Shown here piece by piece: positions 17,389 to 26,995 of a stretch of 32,000 nt of DNA (the stretch's first letter is position 1; every line of letters starts with the position of its first letter). Source of the stretch: Hyperthermus butylicus DSM 5456 (lineage in GTDB: Archaea > Thermoproteota > Thermoprotei_A > Sulfolobales > Pyrodictiaceae). The stretch spans positions 450,001 to 482,000 of the forward strand of contig NC_008818.1 in assembly GCF_000015145.1 (NCBI RefSeq), written 5' to 3'. The notes below the pieces were generated by a model. That model saw only the letters and a list, made by a program, of their open reading frames with translations, was not told the origin of the DNA and made no database searches. The translations under genes were made by a program, and so were the position numbers.

Positions 17389-18486
17389 GTGACCGTTAGG
17401 ATTAAACAGTGGCTTGAAAATGTTGGCGGTGGAGGGAAAAGCTACCGAGACTATAGTGGTGTTATAGCTAGGCTTGATCTCAACGAGCCCCCATTCCCGC
17501 CTTCGACACGAGTAATAGAAGCTGTAAAGGCTGAAGTTTTTAATGTCAATCGCTACCCGGAGCCAGGACTCATACGTAGGCTTGTAGAGCGCCTTGCTGA
17601 GTATAGCGATGTAGACGTTGACAACTTGGTCATTGGGACGGGTGCAGATTTGATTCTTCAGCAAACGTTTAATACTGTTGTTGAGCCTGGTTCCCTCGTG
17701 GTATATCCATATCCAGCATTCTTTGTCTATGACAAGATTATAGGTTTGCTTGGCGGTAAACCAGCTCGTATAGACCTCGTAGATGATGGTGATGTCTGGA
17801 AGCTCCCGCTAGAAAAGCTTGTCTCAGCGCTAGAGAGTAATGATGTACGTCTAGTCGTCATAGATAATCCGAATAATCCAACAGGCTCCCTACTCCTAGC
17901 CGATACTGCTGCGGCAAGGAGGATTCTTGATGCGGCCTCGGCTATTGGCGCCCTTGTAGTCATAGACGAGGCTTACTATGAGTTCTCCGGGGTTACATTT
18001 GCAAAGCTTGTGGATAGCTATGATAACCTCGTCGTAGTACGGACTATGAGCAAGGCCTTTGCCTTAGCTGGTATGAGGATAGGCTATGCGATAGCATCCC
18101 GTAAGATAGCTGGGATTCTCAGAAAACTGCTTCCGCCATTCCCTCCGAGACTTAGCATAGTAGCAGCACTAGCAGCCCTCGATGACATAGGGTATAGTAG
18201 GAAGCTAGTCGAGTGGGTTAAGCATGAGAGGGAATGGTTAAGGATCGAGCTAGCATCTATACCAGGTGTAAAGGTGTATCGTAGCACTACAAATTTCCTA
18301 CTAGTACAGACTCCCGTGGAGAATGTTGTGGCAAAGCTGTCGGAGAAGGGTGTGGCTGTGCGCTCGGTACCGCTAGGCTCCGAGTGGATGAGGATCTCCG
18401 TCGGCTTACATGAGGAGAACCAGGCGGCGCTAGAGGCTCTCCGTGGTCTTGTTGTAGGAGATACAAGGCAAGCCAGTCAAGCTTGA
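17389..18486 (+). CDS. hisC: Histidinol-phosphate/aromatic aminotransferase family (PLP fold type I)
   Basis: DLNEPPFPPS, IDNPNNPTGSLL, VVIDEAYYEFSG, VVRTMSKAFALAGMRIGYAIA. Confidence 0.88.
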   Translation: MTVRIKQWLENVGGGGKSYRDYSGVIARLDLNEPPFPPSTRVIEAVKAEVFNVNRYPEPGLIRRLVERLAEYSDVDVDNLVIGTGADLILQQTFNTVVEPGSLVVYPYPAFFVYDKIIGLLGGKPARIDLVDDGDVWKLPLEKLVSALESNDVRLVVIDNPNNPTGSLLLADTAAARRILDAASAIGALVVIDEAYYEFSGVTFAKLVDSYDNLVVVRTMSKAFALAGMRIGYAIASRKIAGILRKLLPPFPPRLSIVAALAALDDIGYSRKLVEWVKHEREWLRIELASIPGVKVYRSTTNFLLVQTPVENVVAKLSEKGVAVRSVPLGSEWMRISVGLHEENQAALEALRGLVVGDTRQASQA

Positions 18487-18735
18487 AGTTTTTATTGTGG
18501 GTTCAATACGGACTCACACTGCTAACCACAACATTCGTAGTTATTAGCTTTCCAGAAAACGTTTTTGTAGTACAGTTTGCATCGACGGATGTTGTAGCTG
18601 CGCTAGCTGTGGCTTGCGATGTAATCAATCATCGCGGGCTCTCTGCTTCTACGTTAGGTCGTGTGAGAATGCTGTGCTGATAGGCCAGTTTAAGGGGGGT
18701 AACTGAGCACTCTATATGATTGGGGTCCGGAAAAG

Positions 18736-19194
18736 GTGCAGCCGCACATAGGGCAGCAAAAGGCAGAAGCTATACCCGAAACTGGATGGGTTGCGGCACT
18801 GAAAAGAATTCTAAATAGCCTCCAGGCTATTGTTTCAAGGGAGTTTTCAAGGCTTAGACGCGCAGGCACATGTAGCAGAGACTTCCTAGACTTTATAGAT
18901 AGTCTTGAGGAGCGTGCAGCTAAAGAGATGGCTAACTATGGACTCCAGAAACTTAGTATTAGGGGTCCACCTCCTAAGGAGGATATCGTGCTCGGATGGT
19001 TTGCAATCGATAACATTGTAATCGAGCTAGGGCTCCGGGGAATCAACAAGTGTGGAGTCCTTGAAGAACTAACAGCGGGTAAGCCTCCGAGGGTCTATGC
19101 GAGAGTCTATGCTGAGGGACGTGTAGCATTCATACTTGAGGCAAGCCTTGAGGAGGAGCACATGGATACAGTGGAAGCCGGCTACATAATCTAG
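18736..19194 (+). CDS. Hypothetical protein
   Basis: 152 aa ORF with coding-like composition; GTG start. Confidence 0.55.
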   Translation: MQPHIGQQKAEAIPETGWVAALKRILNSLQAIVSREFSRLRRAGTCSRDFLDFIDSLEERAAKEMANYGLQKLSIRGPPPKEDIVLGWFAIDNIVIELGLRGINKCGVLEELTAGKPPRVYARVYAEGRVAFILEASLEEEHMDTVEAGYII

Positions 19195-19267
19195 ACACGG
19201 GCTAGGCTTGTTTAGCGTTACATCTAAATCTAAAGCTTGCGGTATGAGAGTGTACGGTGTGGACTAG

Positions 19268-19783
19268 ATGATATTGTTTCGTAGAAAACATAGAGACTAC
19301 CTAGTGCGTGTCGGCGCAGAGTTTAGCCTATTGTCTCCTGCCTTCGGCGATGGGGAGAGGATACCGGTAAAGTATACCTGCGATGGTGACGATGTCTCGC
19401 CTCCGCTTGAGTGGAGCGGGCAGCCAGGCTCGGCTGCAAGCTACCTACTCATAGTCTATGATCCCGACGCGCCGCTAGGCACGTTCATACACTGGGTGCT
19501 CTACGATATACCCGGCCAAGTAACAGCTCTGCCTGAAGGAGTGCCCAGGGATCCCGTAATTGAGGGTCTAGGTATTCAGGGACGGAACGATTTCGGGGGC
19601 ATCGGCTACGGTGGACCCTGTCCTCCATCTGGCGATAAGCCGCACCGATACATCTTCGCGCTCCATGCACTTAGTGTAGAAAGTCTTGAATTAAAACCAG
19701 GTGCGACGGCTGCGGAGGTTCTTGAGCGTGCACGACAATACGTTGTAGGTTATGCGGTACTTGTCGGAACGTATTCCAGATAG
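19268..19783 (+). CDS. YbhB/YbcL family (PEBP/Raf-kinase-inhibitor-like) protein
   Basis: IPVKYTCDGDDVSPPLEWSG, YLLIVYDPDAPLGTFIHWVLYDIP, GYGGPCPPSGDKPHRYIFALHAL are signature PEBP motifs. Confidence 0.95.
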   Translation: MILFRRKHRDYLVRVGAEFSLLSPAFGDGERIPVKYTCDGDDVSPPLEWSGQPGSAASYLLIVYDPDAPLGTFIHWVLYDIPGQVTALPEGVPRDPVIEGLGIQGRNDFGGIGYGGPCPPSGDKPHRYIFALHALSVESLELKPGATAAEVLERARQYVVGYAVLVGTYSR

Positions 19784-20131
19784 GCTCTATGTTCCTTCTT
19801 TGCCGGTTGTGGAGGAGCCCAATCTACATATGGTATGGTTCTGGGATAGTGATATACAAGTTGATTTAGGCTCCGAGCTGGAACAGCAGAGGAGGTGTCT
19901 TCTGTCCAGTAACCAGTAGATGGGGCTAGAGCATTCGTGTGCTTTCAAAAAGCTAGGAGTCTAGATGACAAGCTATCTCCAGCGGTTGCGGTTACGAGTT
20001 GTGTATTACATTTCCTTCTAACGCTACTGCTAGCTGGCTTGGAAACTAATGCAAGATAGTAGTCGAACAGTGCAAGCAGGGATGTAGCATCAGCAAGGCT
20101 CCTTCACTAGCGTCTAGAGTGAAGTGTATGG

Positions 20132-20875
20132 CTAACTGCTACCCTGTCTTTGGCACTCTAGCCCAACCCTATAATAGTATTGGGCCTCATCATCGCTTAC
20201 ATCGTGCCATTCCAGGTAGGCGTCAGCTACGGCGAAGTAGGGGCCGCTACGTAGGTTGGCAACAGCTACCAGTTCAGTATACTTTGAAACCATTAGCGAG
20301 CCATCAATGCTGCCGGTTGGTGCAGCGGCAATTACTCTAGAGGCGCCGAGCTTACGCAAAAACTGTACGCCAACAGCCATAGTATAGCCAGTAGCGATCC
20401 CATCGTCCACGAGTAATACCGTCATGCCGTTGAGGCTTGGGTAGTTTGTTGATCCTCGTATACGCCTAGTGCGCTCCTCTATATAGTTACTCAGCTTTCG
20501 GGCAATGATTTTGACATCCTCCTTGCTGTAGCCTAGCCTCCCGGCAACATCCTCGTCGTAGAGCAATGTGCCGTCGAGAGCTACAGCGCCGAAGCCGGCC
20601 TCGCTTGTCCAAGGGAAAGTTATCTTCTTCACGACTATAGCGTCAAAGGCTACCCCGAGTTTGCATGCAGTAGTTGCCGCGACGGGTACCCCTCCAGCAG
20701 CAAGTCCAAAGACGTAGTCTGTCCTTACCCCGATAGCATGGATAAACTCTGCTAGCACCTCGCCAGCATGGATGCGATCCCGGAATACTGGCTGTTTCCA
20801 GCTAAGCTCTGAGCAGTAGACGACACGGTCTCCGCTGGGCTCGTAGGCTCTTGGTGTGCAAGTCTCTCCGGCCAA
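20132..20875 (-). CDS. Phosphoribosyltransferase family protein
   Basis: VFGLAAGGVPVAATTACKLG, MTVLLVDDGIATGYTMAVGVQFLRKLGA (PRPP-binding loop). Confidence 0.85.
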   Translation of the reverse strand: MAGETCTPRAYEPSGDRVVYCSELSWKQPVFRDRIHAGEVLAEFIHAIGVRTDYVFGLAAGGVPVAATTACKLGVAFDAIVVKKITFPWTSEAGFGAVALDGTLLYDEDVAGRLGYSKEDVKIIARKLSNYIEERTRRIRGSTNYPSLNGMTVLLVDDGIATGYTMAVGVQFLRKLGASRVIAAAPTGSIDGSLMVSKYTELVAVANLRSGPYFAVADAYLEWHDVSDDEAQYYYRVGLECQRQGSS

Positions 20876-20966
20876 GGCTAGGGATACACCTTATAGAGAG
20901 TAGTCAGCTAGCCCTGATATATGGGGTGGATGAGGTAGTAGGGACGTACCGACCGGCCCCAGGGAT

Positions 20967-21212
20967 GTGGATAGGTGGAGCGACCCTGACACCCTCCGAG
21001 CTTCGTGGCAACTATCCTTGAAGTTGGTGTTAATGGTCTTCGCAATGCTTGTCTATAGTCGTGGTGTGATGTTTCTGCATCTAGTGCTTCCTAATAGCGT
21101 TCTATGTCTCCTGTCTACGGTTACGCATATCTCAGCAATTGTGCCAAGCTGCATGGATACTGATACTATAATATTAGTGGTTAAGTCTACACAACAATAT
21201 AGGGATGGGTGA
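20967..21212 (+). CDS. Uncertain 81-aa ORF with hydrophobic segment
   Basis: GTG-initiated ORF overlapping the next start by a few bp; hydrophobic stretch LVLMVFAMLVYSRGVMFLHLVLP. No other support. Confidence 0.2.
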   Translation: MDRWSDPDTLRASWQLSLKLVLMVFAMLVYSRGVMFLHLVLPNSVLCLLSTVTHISAIVPSCMDTDTIILVVKSTQQYRDG

Positions 21213-22347
21213 GCAGGTTATGGAAATAAGCGTTAACAGGCATGGGAAAGGCGATGAAGAGCTACTCCATAAACCCCATGTAAGGGAAGCAATGCTATGG
21301 GAACCCCTAAGGGATAGACCTGGCTATGTACGCTGCAGCCTCTGTGCTCGCCGTTGCATCATAGCTCCGGGCCGCTACGGCGTCTGCGGGGTAAGGAAGA
21401 ATATTAACGGGAAGCTTTACACGCTCGTCTACGGCTTGCTAACAGCAATGAATATTGATCCTATTGAGAAGAAGCCGCTCTACCACTTCGAGCCCGGCAG
21501 TGGAGTACTATCAATAAGCACTGTCGGCTGCAACTTCTTCTGCCAGTTCTGCCAGAACTGGGAGATAAGCCAGTCAAGGCTAGAGCGGGGCCTCTACGGT
21601 CACTACGTGCCGCCAGATGAGGTTGTGAGGAAAGCCCTAGATTTCGGGGCAGAGGGCATAGCCTACACCTATAACGAGCCAACAATATTCTTCGAGTACA
21701 TGTACGACGTGGCTAGGCTTGCAAAGAAGCATAACCTCTACAACGTAATGGTTACCAATGGCTACATTACACCCGAGGCCATAAGGATGATAGGCCCCTA
21801 CATGGACGGAGCGACCGTCGACTTTAAGGGCAGTGGAAACCCAGAGTTCTACCGCAAGTTCATGGCTGTACCCGACCCATCCCCAATCTACGACGCATTG
21901 CTGGAGATGAAGAAGCAAGGATGGTGGATAGAGATAACAAACCTGGTAGTCCCCAAGTATGGCGATAGGGAGGAGGATCTTCGGAGGCTTGCGAGATGGA
22001 TAGTCGAGAATCTCGGGCCAGACATACCATTCCACCTGCTACGATTCCACCCAGACTACAGACTACTCAACCTACCACCAACACCGGTTGAGACCCTAGA
22101 AAAGTTGGCAAAGATAGCCAAGGAGGAGGGCTTACACTACGTCTACATAGGCAACGTGTGGGGTCATCCCCTAGAGAACACGTATTGCCCCAAGTGCAAT
22201 TATGCCGTGGTAGAGAGAAGAGGCTTCACCATAATAGCATGGCGTCTCACAAAGGACAATCAGTGCCCAAAGTGCGGTCACCGAATAGCGATACGAGGAA
22301 AATTCCATGGTGGTGGAGGTGTAATACTACCACTAATGGTGTACTAG
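21205..22347 (+). CDS. amrS: AmmeMemoRadiSam-type radical SAM enzyme (AmrS-like); start possibly 21220
   Basis: VRCSLCARRCIIAPGRYGVCGVRKN, radical SAM CNFFCQFCQNWEISQ, AYTYNEPTIFFEYMYD, C-terminal CPKCNYAVVERRGFTI/CPKCGHRIAIRG. GGTGA at 21209 fits a start at 21220. Confidence 0.93.
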   Translation: MGEQVMEISVNRHGKGDEELLHKPHVREAMLWEPLRDRPGYVRCSLCARRCIIAPGRYGVCGVRKNINGKLYTLVYGLLTAMNIDPIEKKPLYHFEPGSGVLSISTVGCNFFCQFCQNWEISQSRLERGLYGHYVPPDEVVRKALDFGAEGIAYTYNEPTIFFEYMYDVARLAKKHNLYNVMVTNGYITPEAIRMIGPYMDGATVDFKGSGNPEFYRKFMAVPDPSPIYDALLEMKKQGWWIEITNLVVPKYGDREEDLRRLARWIVENLGPDIPFHLLRFHPDYRLLNLPPTPVETLEKLAKIAKEEGLHYVYIGNVWGHPLENTYCPKCNYAVVERRGFTIIAWRLTKDNQCPKCGHRIAIRGKFHGGGGVILPLMVY

Positions 22348-22714
22348 CTCATTGCTAGGCAAGTTGTTGTTCCGGCCTACAACATAGGTGGCACACCTAG
22401 ATGAAAGCCTCCTGGAGCAACATTAGGGAATACCATATAGCTCCACTTTACTTCGCAATGACTCTCTTAACTCAGCTATACTACACATCTACTATTTTTC
22501 ACCTCTATTGAATCGTTATGAACAGTGTATGGCGGAGGCGGGTGGAGTATGGTAGTTCTAGCATGTGGCTTGTGCATGTCTAAATAGGATCCTATACGCT
22601 TATGATTCTAAAGCTCTAAAGGTCTCATGTCCGGCTCGAAGCTATACGACTAGTCCCGGCTCAGTCTTTAGCGTCTGTTTAAACTGTGAGCTTCTAAATC
22701 AATAGCAGCACGTC

Positions 22715-22730
22715 AAAGGTTTATATATTT
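22715..22730 (+). promoter_or_regulatory. Candidate BRE/TATA element for the 22785 gene
   Basis: AAAGGTTTATATATTT upstream; GGTGA Shine-Dalgarno at 22774-22778, 6 nt before the GTG at 22785. Confidence 0.55.
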
Positions 22731-22784
22731 CAACTTGTGCGGTATTAATTTAGATAGAGTTGGGAGCAGTTAGGGTGATGTATA

Positions 22785-23363
22785 GTGGTCGAGCAGGAGA
22801 CTCCCATCAAGATGCGCGAAGTAAAGATTCCCGTTGAGGTTCCAGTAAGGCCAGTGTCGAAGAGGGAGATTAAGCAGCTAGAAGCAGTACTAATCATAGG
22901 CACATTGTTCAGACCCGATGTGCTTCAAGCAGCACTGAGCAAAGAGGAGTTCCTAACATGGGTTGATAGCCTTGCTGTTGCAGCAGCTGCGCTAGCAATG
23001 GAGAAGGCTGGCTACACGGTCTCCCAGATAGCTGAGGAGCTAGGTCGCACTGAGGCAACTATAAGGCGGCACTTGAAGGGCGAGACCAAAGCTGGCAAGC
23101 TGGTTCGCGAGACCTATGATATGCTCATCAGGGGTGAGCTAAAGCTAGCAGTACCAATAGTCAGCCCGGAGGCCGAGGAGGAGCTAAAGAAGCTAGATGA
23201 GCAGGTAAAACAGCTCGAGGAGGAGCTAGGTAAGCTCCGTGCCGAGAACACCGAGTTGAGGGAGAGACTCCAGAGGCTCGAGGAGGCAAAGAAGAAGGCA
23301 GCCGAGCAGTTAGGCAAAGCTATCGAGGCGCTCCAAGAGGCAAAAAGGGCGCTAGAGGCCTAA
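22785..23363 (+). CDS. Archaeal HTH protein with C-terminal coiled coil
   Basis: YTVSQIAEELGRTEATIRRHLKGETKAGKLV helix-turn-helix, followed by about 60 residues of E/K/L heptad-like coiled coil. Confidence 0.8.
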   Translation: MVEQETPIKMREVKIPVEVPVRPVSKREIKQLEAVLIIGTLFRPDVLQAALSKEEFLTWVDSLAVAAAALAMEKAGYTVSQIAEELGRTEATIRRHLKGETKAGKLVRETYDMLIRGELKLAVPIVSPEAEEELKKLDEQVKQLEEELGKLRAENTELRERLQRLEEAKKKAAEQLGKAIEALQEAKRALEA

Positions 23364-24069
23364 CCCCTTATTTGCCTCCAGGTAGCGAATTTTTCACCTT
23401 CGCCCTGGTACTCCACGAGTTCCACTAGCTCCCTTAGCAAGCAGCTCCTCGTCAATATCCTCTACCCAGAGCCCCCGCGGGCTTCAGTATCTTCTCCACA
23501 TGACTGAGTTCGGGAGCGGACAGCTGCAGTTGCAACAATGTATGCGATAGGATCAGCCGGTGCTATCAGGGGGCGGAGGGCCACCTCCAGCTAGCAGCTC
23601 AATATGGGAACCAAGAACACGCACGAAAACCTTGTGGGCTTTTACGGGTTTCTCGCCAGCAGCTTAACCAATGGCCCGGCTGGCAGGCATGTTGGAACAG
23701 TAATGTAGGTCCTTGAAGGTCTACATGAGCCAGAATACCAGCTACAACCTCAAGGTTTCACTTGAGTCATTTAAGTCGTGAACAAGCATGGTCTAGCTAT
23801 AAACGCGCTCCGATACTAGTGGCTAAAGAGTACAATGCTTTCAGCAACTGTCTCAAAGTCTAGGCTCGGATAGGGCTTGTTAACAAGCCGCAAAGAGCAC
23901 AATAAGCTGGCGTCAATACCCTGCTCCTTAACTAGCTGTACATGTATACATATGCAGTGAGCTCGCTTGTAACACTTGTTAGTGGTATTTCAATGCCTAT
24001 CTCTACATAGGCAATAAAGGGGTCAGTATTGTATCCGAGGGCAAATTCAATGCCATAACAGACTTTGTA
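23360..24069 (-). pseudogene. Possible multiply frameshifted gene remnant, family unknown
   Basis: Consecutive coding-like minus-strand fragments in different frames: IYKVCYGIEFALGYNTDPFIAYVEIGIEIPLT; NKCYKRAHCICIHVQLVKEQGIDASLLCSLRLVNKPYPSLDFETVAESIVLFSH*; GEKPVKAHKVFVRVLGSHIELLAGGGPPPPDSTG*; ADPIAYIVATAAVRS; LLRELVELVEYQGEGEKFATWRQIRG* ending at 23360, overlapping the convergent TAA. Confidence 0.35.
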
Positions 24070-24191
24070 AATTGTATAAGATTATCGCTATTATACACTT
24101 GCTCTCAAGCTAAAATAAAATGATAACTGTAGGTGAACATTTTGTATTGATGGCAAATGGGTTGAAGTTGTTTTATGTTAGATTATATCAA

Positions 24192-25676
24192 TTATATCAA
24201 GAGTCTTAGGAATTCGACTAGTGTTCTTACGCCCCATCCGGTGGCGCCCTTCTCGTAGTATGGTTTCCAGGGCCCCTTCTCCTGAACCCAGGCTGTGCCA
24301 GCGATGTCCAAATGTGCCCATGGTCTGTCGCCGACGAACTTTTCGAGGAACTTTGCAGCCGTTATTGCGCCTGCTGGCCGGCCCCCAACGTTGTTTGTGT
24401 CGGCTACATGGCTTTCGAGTTGTTTGGCGTAGACAGGCCATAGCGGCATTTTCCATACGGGCTCGCCTGCGATCCATGCTGCTCTTTCGACCATTGAGGC
24501 TAGCTGGTCGTTGTTGCTGAATAGTGCTGCTGCGTGGTTGCCTAGGGCTACTACTGCTGCACCGGTTAGTGTTGCGAAGTCGAACATGTAGTCTGGCTTA
24601 TACTTCTCTGCAGCATAGGCGAGTGCGTCAGCCATTATGAGTCTGCCCTCGGCATCGGTGTTGCCTATCTCCACGGTGGTGCCGTTGTACATTCTTATAA
24701 CATCGAGTGGTTTGTAAGCACGGCCGCTTGGTAGGTTCTCCACGGCTGGTACGAGGGCTACCATGTTTACTGGCAGTCTAAGCAGAGCAGCTGCAACCAC
24801 GGCACCTATAGCGGCAGCACCACCGCTCTTATCAAACTTCATCTCCTGCATAGCCTGTGGCGGTTTGAGATCTAAGCCGCCAGCATCGAAGACTACCGCC
24901 TTGCCCACAACGGCTATCCTCTTGCCACCACTGTTGTACTCTAGTATTATGAGGCGTGGCTCTACATTGCTGCCAGAGCCAACAGCTAGTATGCCACCCA
25001 TGCCAAGGCTCTCCAAGTCTGACCTATATAGAACCCTTATAGTGAGGCCCAGCCGGGATGCAAGCTCTCTAGCCTTCTCCTCAAGCTTCTCTGGGCTCAG
25101 CCTATTGGCTGGCGCATTTGCTATATCCCTAGCTACCCTTACAGCCTCCGCTATAGCCTTAGCAGTCTCAACAGCTTTCTCGTCGCCGGGCTCTAGCCTT
25201 ACCTCCTCGAGGATGTGCGGCTTCTCCTCCCTCTCCCGTAGGCTGTATACGTAGTTTGCCATGTCCGCTGCCACGAGGGCTTGTTCAACACTCCAAACAG
25301 TATCCCTGCCGGCTGTCTCAGCAGCCTTCTCTAGCAACTCCTCGTGCACTACGACACCGAGCCTCTTTATGCTCTTCTTGCTCCTTGCAAGCTTGACTGC
25401 AGAGGCGACGGCAACCCTTAATCTCTCAGCATCGCCGAACCACTCGTTACCCCCGGCACCGGCAAGTATAACCCTCTTAACAGTAGCACTAGACTCGTAG
25501 ATCAGAATCGTCTCCTCAAGCTTCCCTTTAAAGTCGCCGAGTTCAATAACGGTCCGCACGGTATCGCCAAAGCCCTTAAGCCATTCTAGCTGCTTCTCGC
25601 CAGCAACATAGGCTATAGCATCCACGCCATTACGGGCGTTGCCAACGCGGAGAAGGGTCGACAAGGGGTCTAGCAC
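24192..25676 (-). CDS. pepA: Leucyl aminopeptidase (M17 family)
   Basis: VVGKAVVFDAGGLDLKPPQAMQEMKFDKSGGAAAIG, NTDAEGRLIMADALAYA motifs (active-site region NTDAEGR). Confidence 0.95.
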   Translation of the reverse strand: MLDPLSTLLRVGNARNGVDAIAYVAGEKQLEWLKGFGDTVRTVIELGDFKGKLEETILIYESSATVKRVILAGAGGNEWFGDAERLRVAVASAVKLARSKKSIKRLGVVVHEELLEKAAETAGRDTVWSVEQALVAADMANYVYSLREREEKPHILEEVRLEPGDEKAVETAKAIAEAVRVARDIANAPANRLSPEKLEEKARELASRLGLTIRVLYRSDLESLGMGGILAVGSGSNVEPRLIILEYNSGGKRIAVVGKAVVFDAGGLDLKPPQAMQEMKFDKSGGAAAIGAVVAAALLRLPVNMVALVPAVENLPSGRAYKPLDVIRMYNGTTVEIGNTDAEGRLIMADALAYAAEKYKPDYMFDFATLTGAAVVALGNHAAALFSNNDQLASMVERAAWIAGEPVWKMPLWPVYAKQLESHVADTNNVGGRPAGAITAAKFLEKFVGDRPWAHLDIAGTAWVQEKGPWKPYYEKGATGWGVRTLVEFLRLLI

Positions 25677-25756
25677 CAGGTATCTGGAAGAATCACCCTA
25701 ATTCTTTAAAAATAGAACTACGGGCTATGCCGGAGATTGGATTGTGAGGAGCGGGA

Positions 25757-26776
25757 CTAACTCCTCCAGCCTATCTCCCTGTTGAGATACTTCTCTATCG
25801 CTTTGGCAGCGTCTAGGCCTCCCTTCATCGCAATGCCTATCAGACTAGCACCGTGTTCAACGTCGCCAGCAGCGAACACTGGCTCTCTAGTGGTCCTCTT
25901 GTACTCGTCAACATCTATTGTGCCGTCCGGCCTAAGCTTTATGCCCAGCTGCTCTACATTGCATGGTGGTGTTGGTTTGAGCCCTATGGCTTCAAGGACG
26001 AGGTCCGCCTCTATTGTGAAATACTCACCAGTACCCACGGGCTTGGGCCTCTTGGAGCCGGGTTGCTCAACAAGCTTCATCCTTTCAAACTTGACTGCGG
26101 CAACACGCTTACCACTTGGATCTGGTATGTACTCTACCGGTGAGGCTAGCTCAATGATCTTCGCACCAGCTTCTTCGGCTTCCCTGAACCCCCTTTCACC
26201 CGCGGGAGCGTATTGGCGTATACGTCTATACACCATGTAGACCTCCTTAGCTCCAAGCCACTTTGAGACATGAACAGCGTCTACAGCTGTGAGGCCGCCA
26301 CCTATAACAACGACCCTTTCGCCTATCGGCGGCTTCTCACTCTTATACCCGTACTTCCACATGTGGTAGTCTACGATCCACTCCATAGCCGGATATATGC
26401 CTTCAAGATTTGCGCCCGGGATGTTTAGTCTGGCACTCTCCCAGGTGCCAGTCGCTATCAGTACCGCGTCATAGTTGTTTATTAGCTCCTCGAGCGAGAC
26501 ATCTCTACACACCGTGATGTTCTGCCTAAACTCTACGCCTAGCTCATGCAGCTCTTTAATACCTTCACGCACCTTAGCCTTGTTAATATGTATCTCAAGG
26601 ACGCCAAATATTAGGAAACCACCAGGCTCGGGATTCCTATCGAATACAGTAACGTTGAAGCCCCTACAACGTAGGTAACCGGCAGCGTAGAGGCCGGCCG
26701 GGCCAGCACCGATAATTGCTATCCTCTCGCTGCGTGGCTCTGCTTGGCCAGGCTTGCAGCCTACGATGAATCTCAA
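25757..26776 (-). CDS. NAD(P)/FAD-dependent oxidoreductase, glutamate synthase small-subunit-like
   Basis: AIIGAGPAGLYAAGYLRCRGFNVTVFDRNPEPGGFLIFG, VVVIGGGLTAVDAVHVSKWLGA, VFAAGDVEHGASLIGIAMKGGLDAAKAI. Confidence 0.85.
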   Translation of the reverse strand: MRFIVGCKPGQAEPRSERIAIIGAGPAGLYAAGYLRCRGFNVTVFDRNPEPGGFLIFGVLEIHINKAKVREGIKELHELGVEFRQNITVCRDVSLEELINNYDAVLIATGTWESARLNIPGANLEGIYPAMEWIVDYHMWKYGYKSEKPPIGERVVVIGGGLTAVDAVHVSKWLGAKEVYMVYRRIRQYAPAGERGFREAEEAGAKIIELASPVEYIPDPSGKRVAAVKFERMKLVEQPGSKRPKPVGTGEYFTIEADLVLEAIGLKPTPPCNVEQLGIKLRPDGTIDVDEYKRTTREPVFAAGDVEHGASLIGIAMKGGLDAAKAIEKYLNREIGWRS

Positions 26777-26995
26777 CGTAGGGCACCGTATGCATTGTAT
26801 ATGGTGAATCGTTTAAGAAGAATTCGTATACGGGTGGAATATCGGTAGAATAGTACAAATGTACAAATAGCTATACCAATGTTTTATCTTGAAGAAACTG
26901 TTGGATATGGGATATTGTGGCGTGTGCTCTGGGCTCTAGGAGAAAAATCAAGCTAGTAATGACAGTAAAACCTTGAAGAGGGTTTCAGTTATAGC

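Noticed and set aside
18483-18680. 65-aa plus-strand ORF overlapping the end of hisC
   Set aside because: TTG start, no recognisable family, composition not convincing; left out of the feature list.
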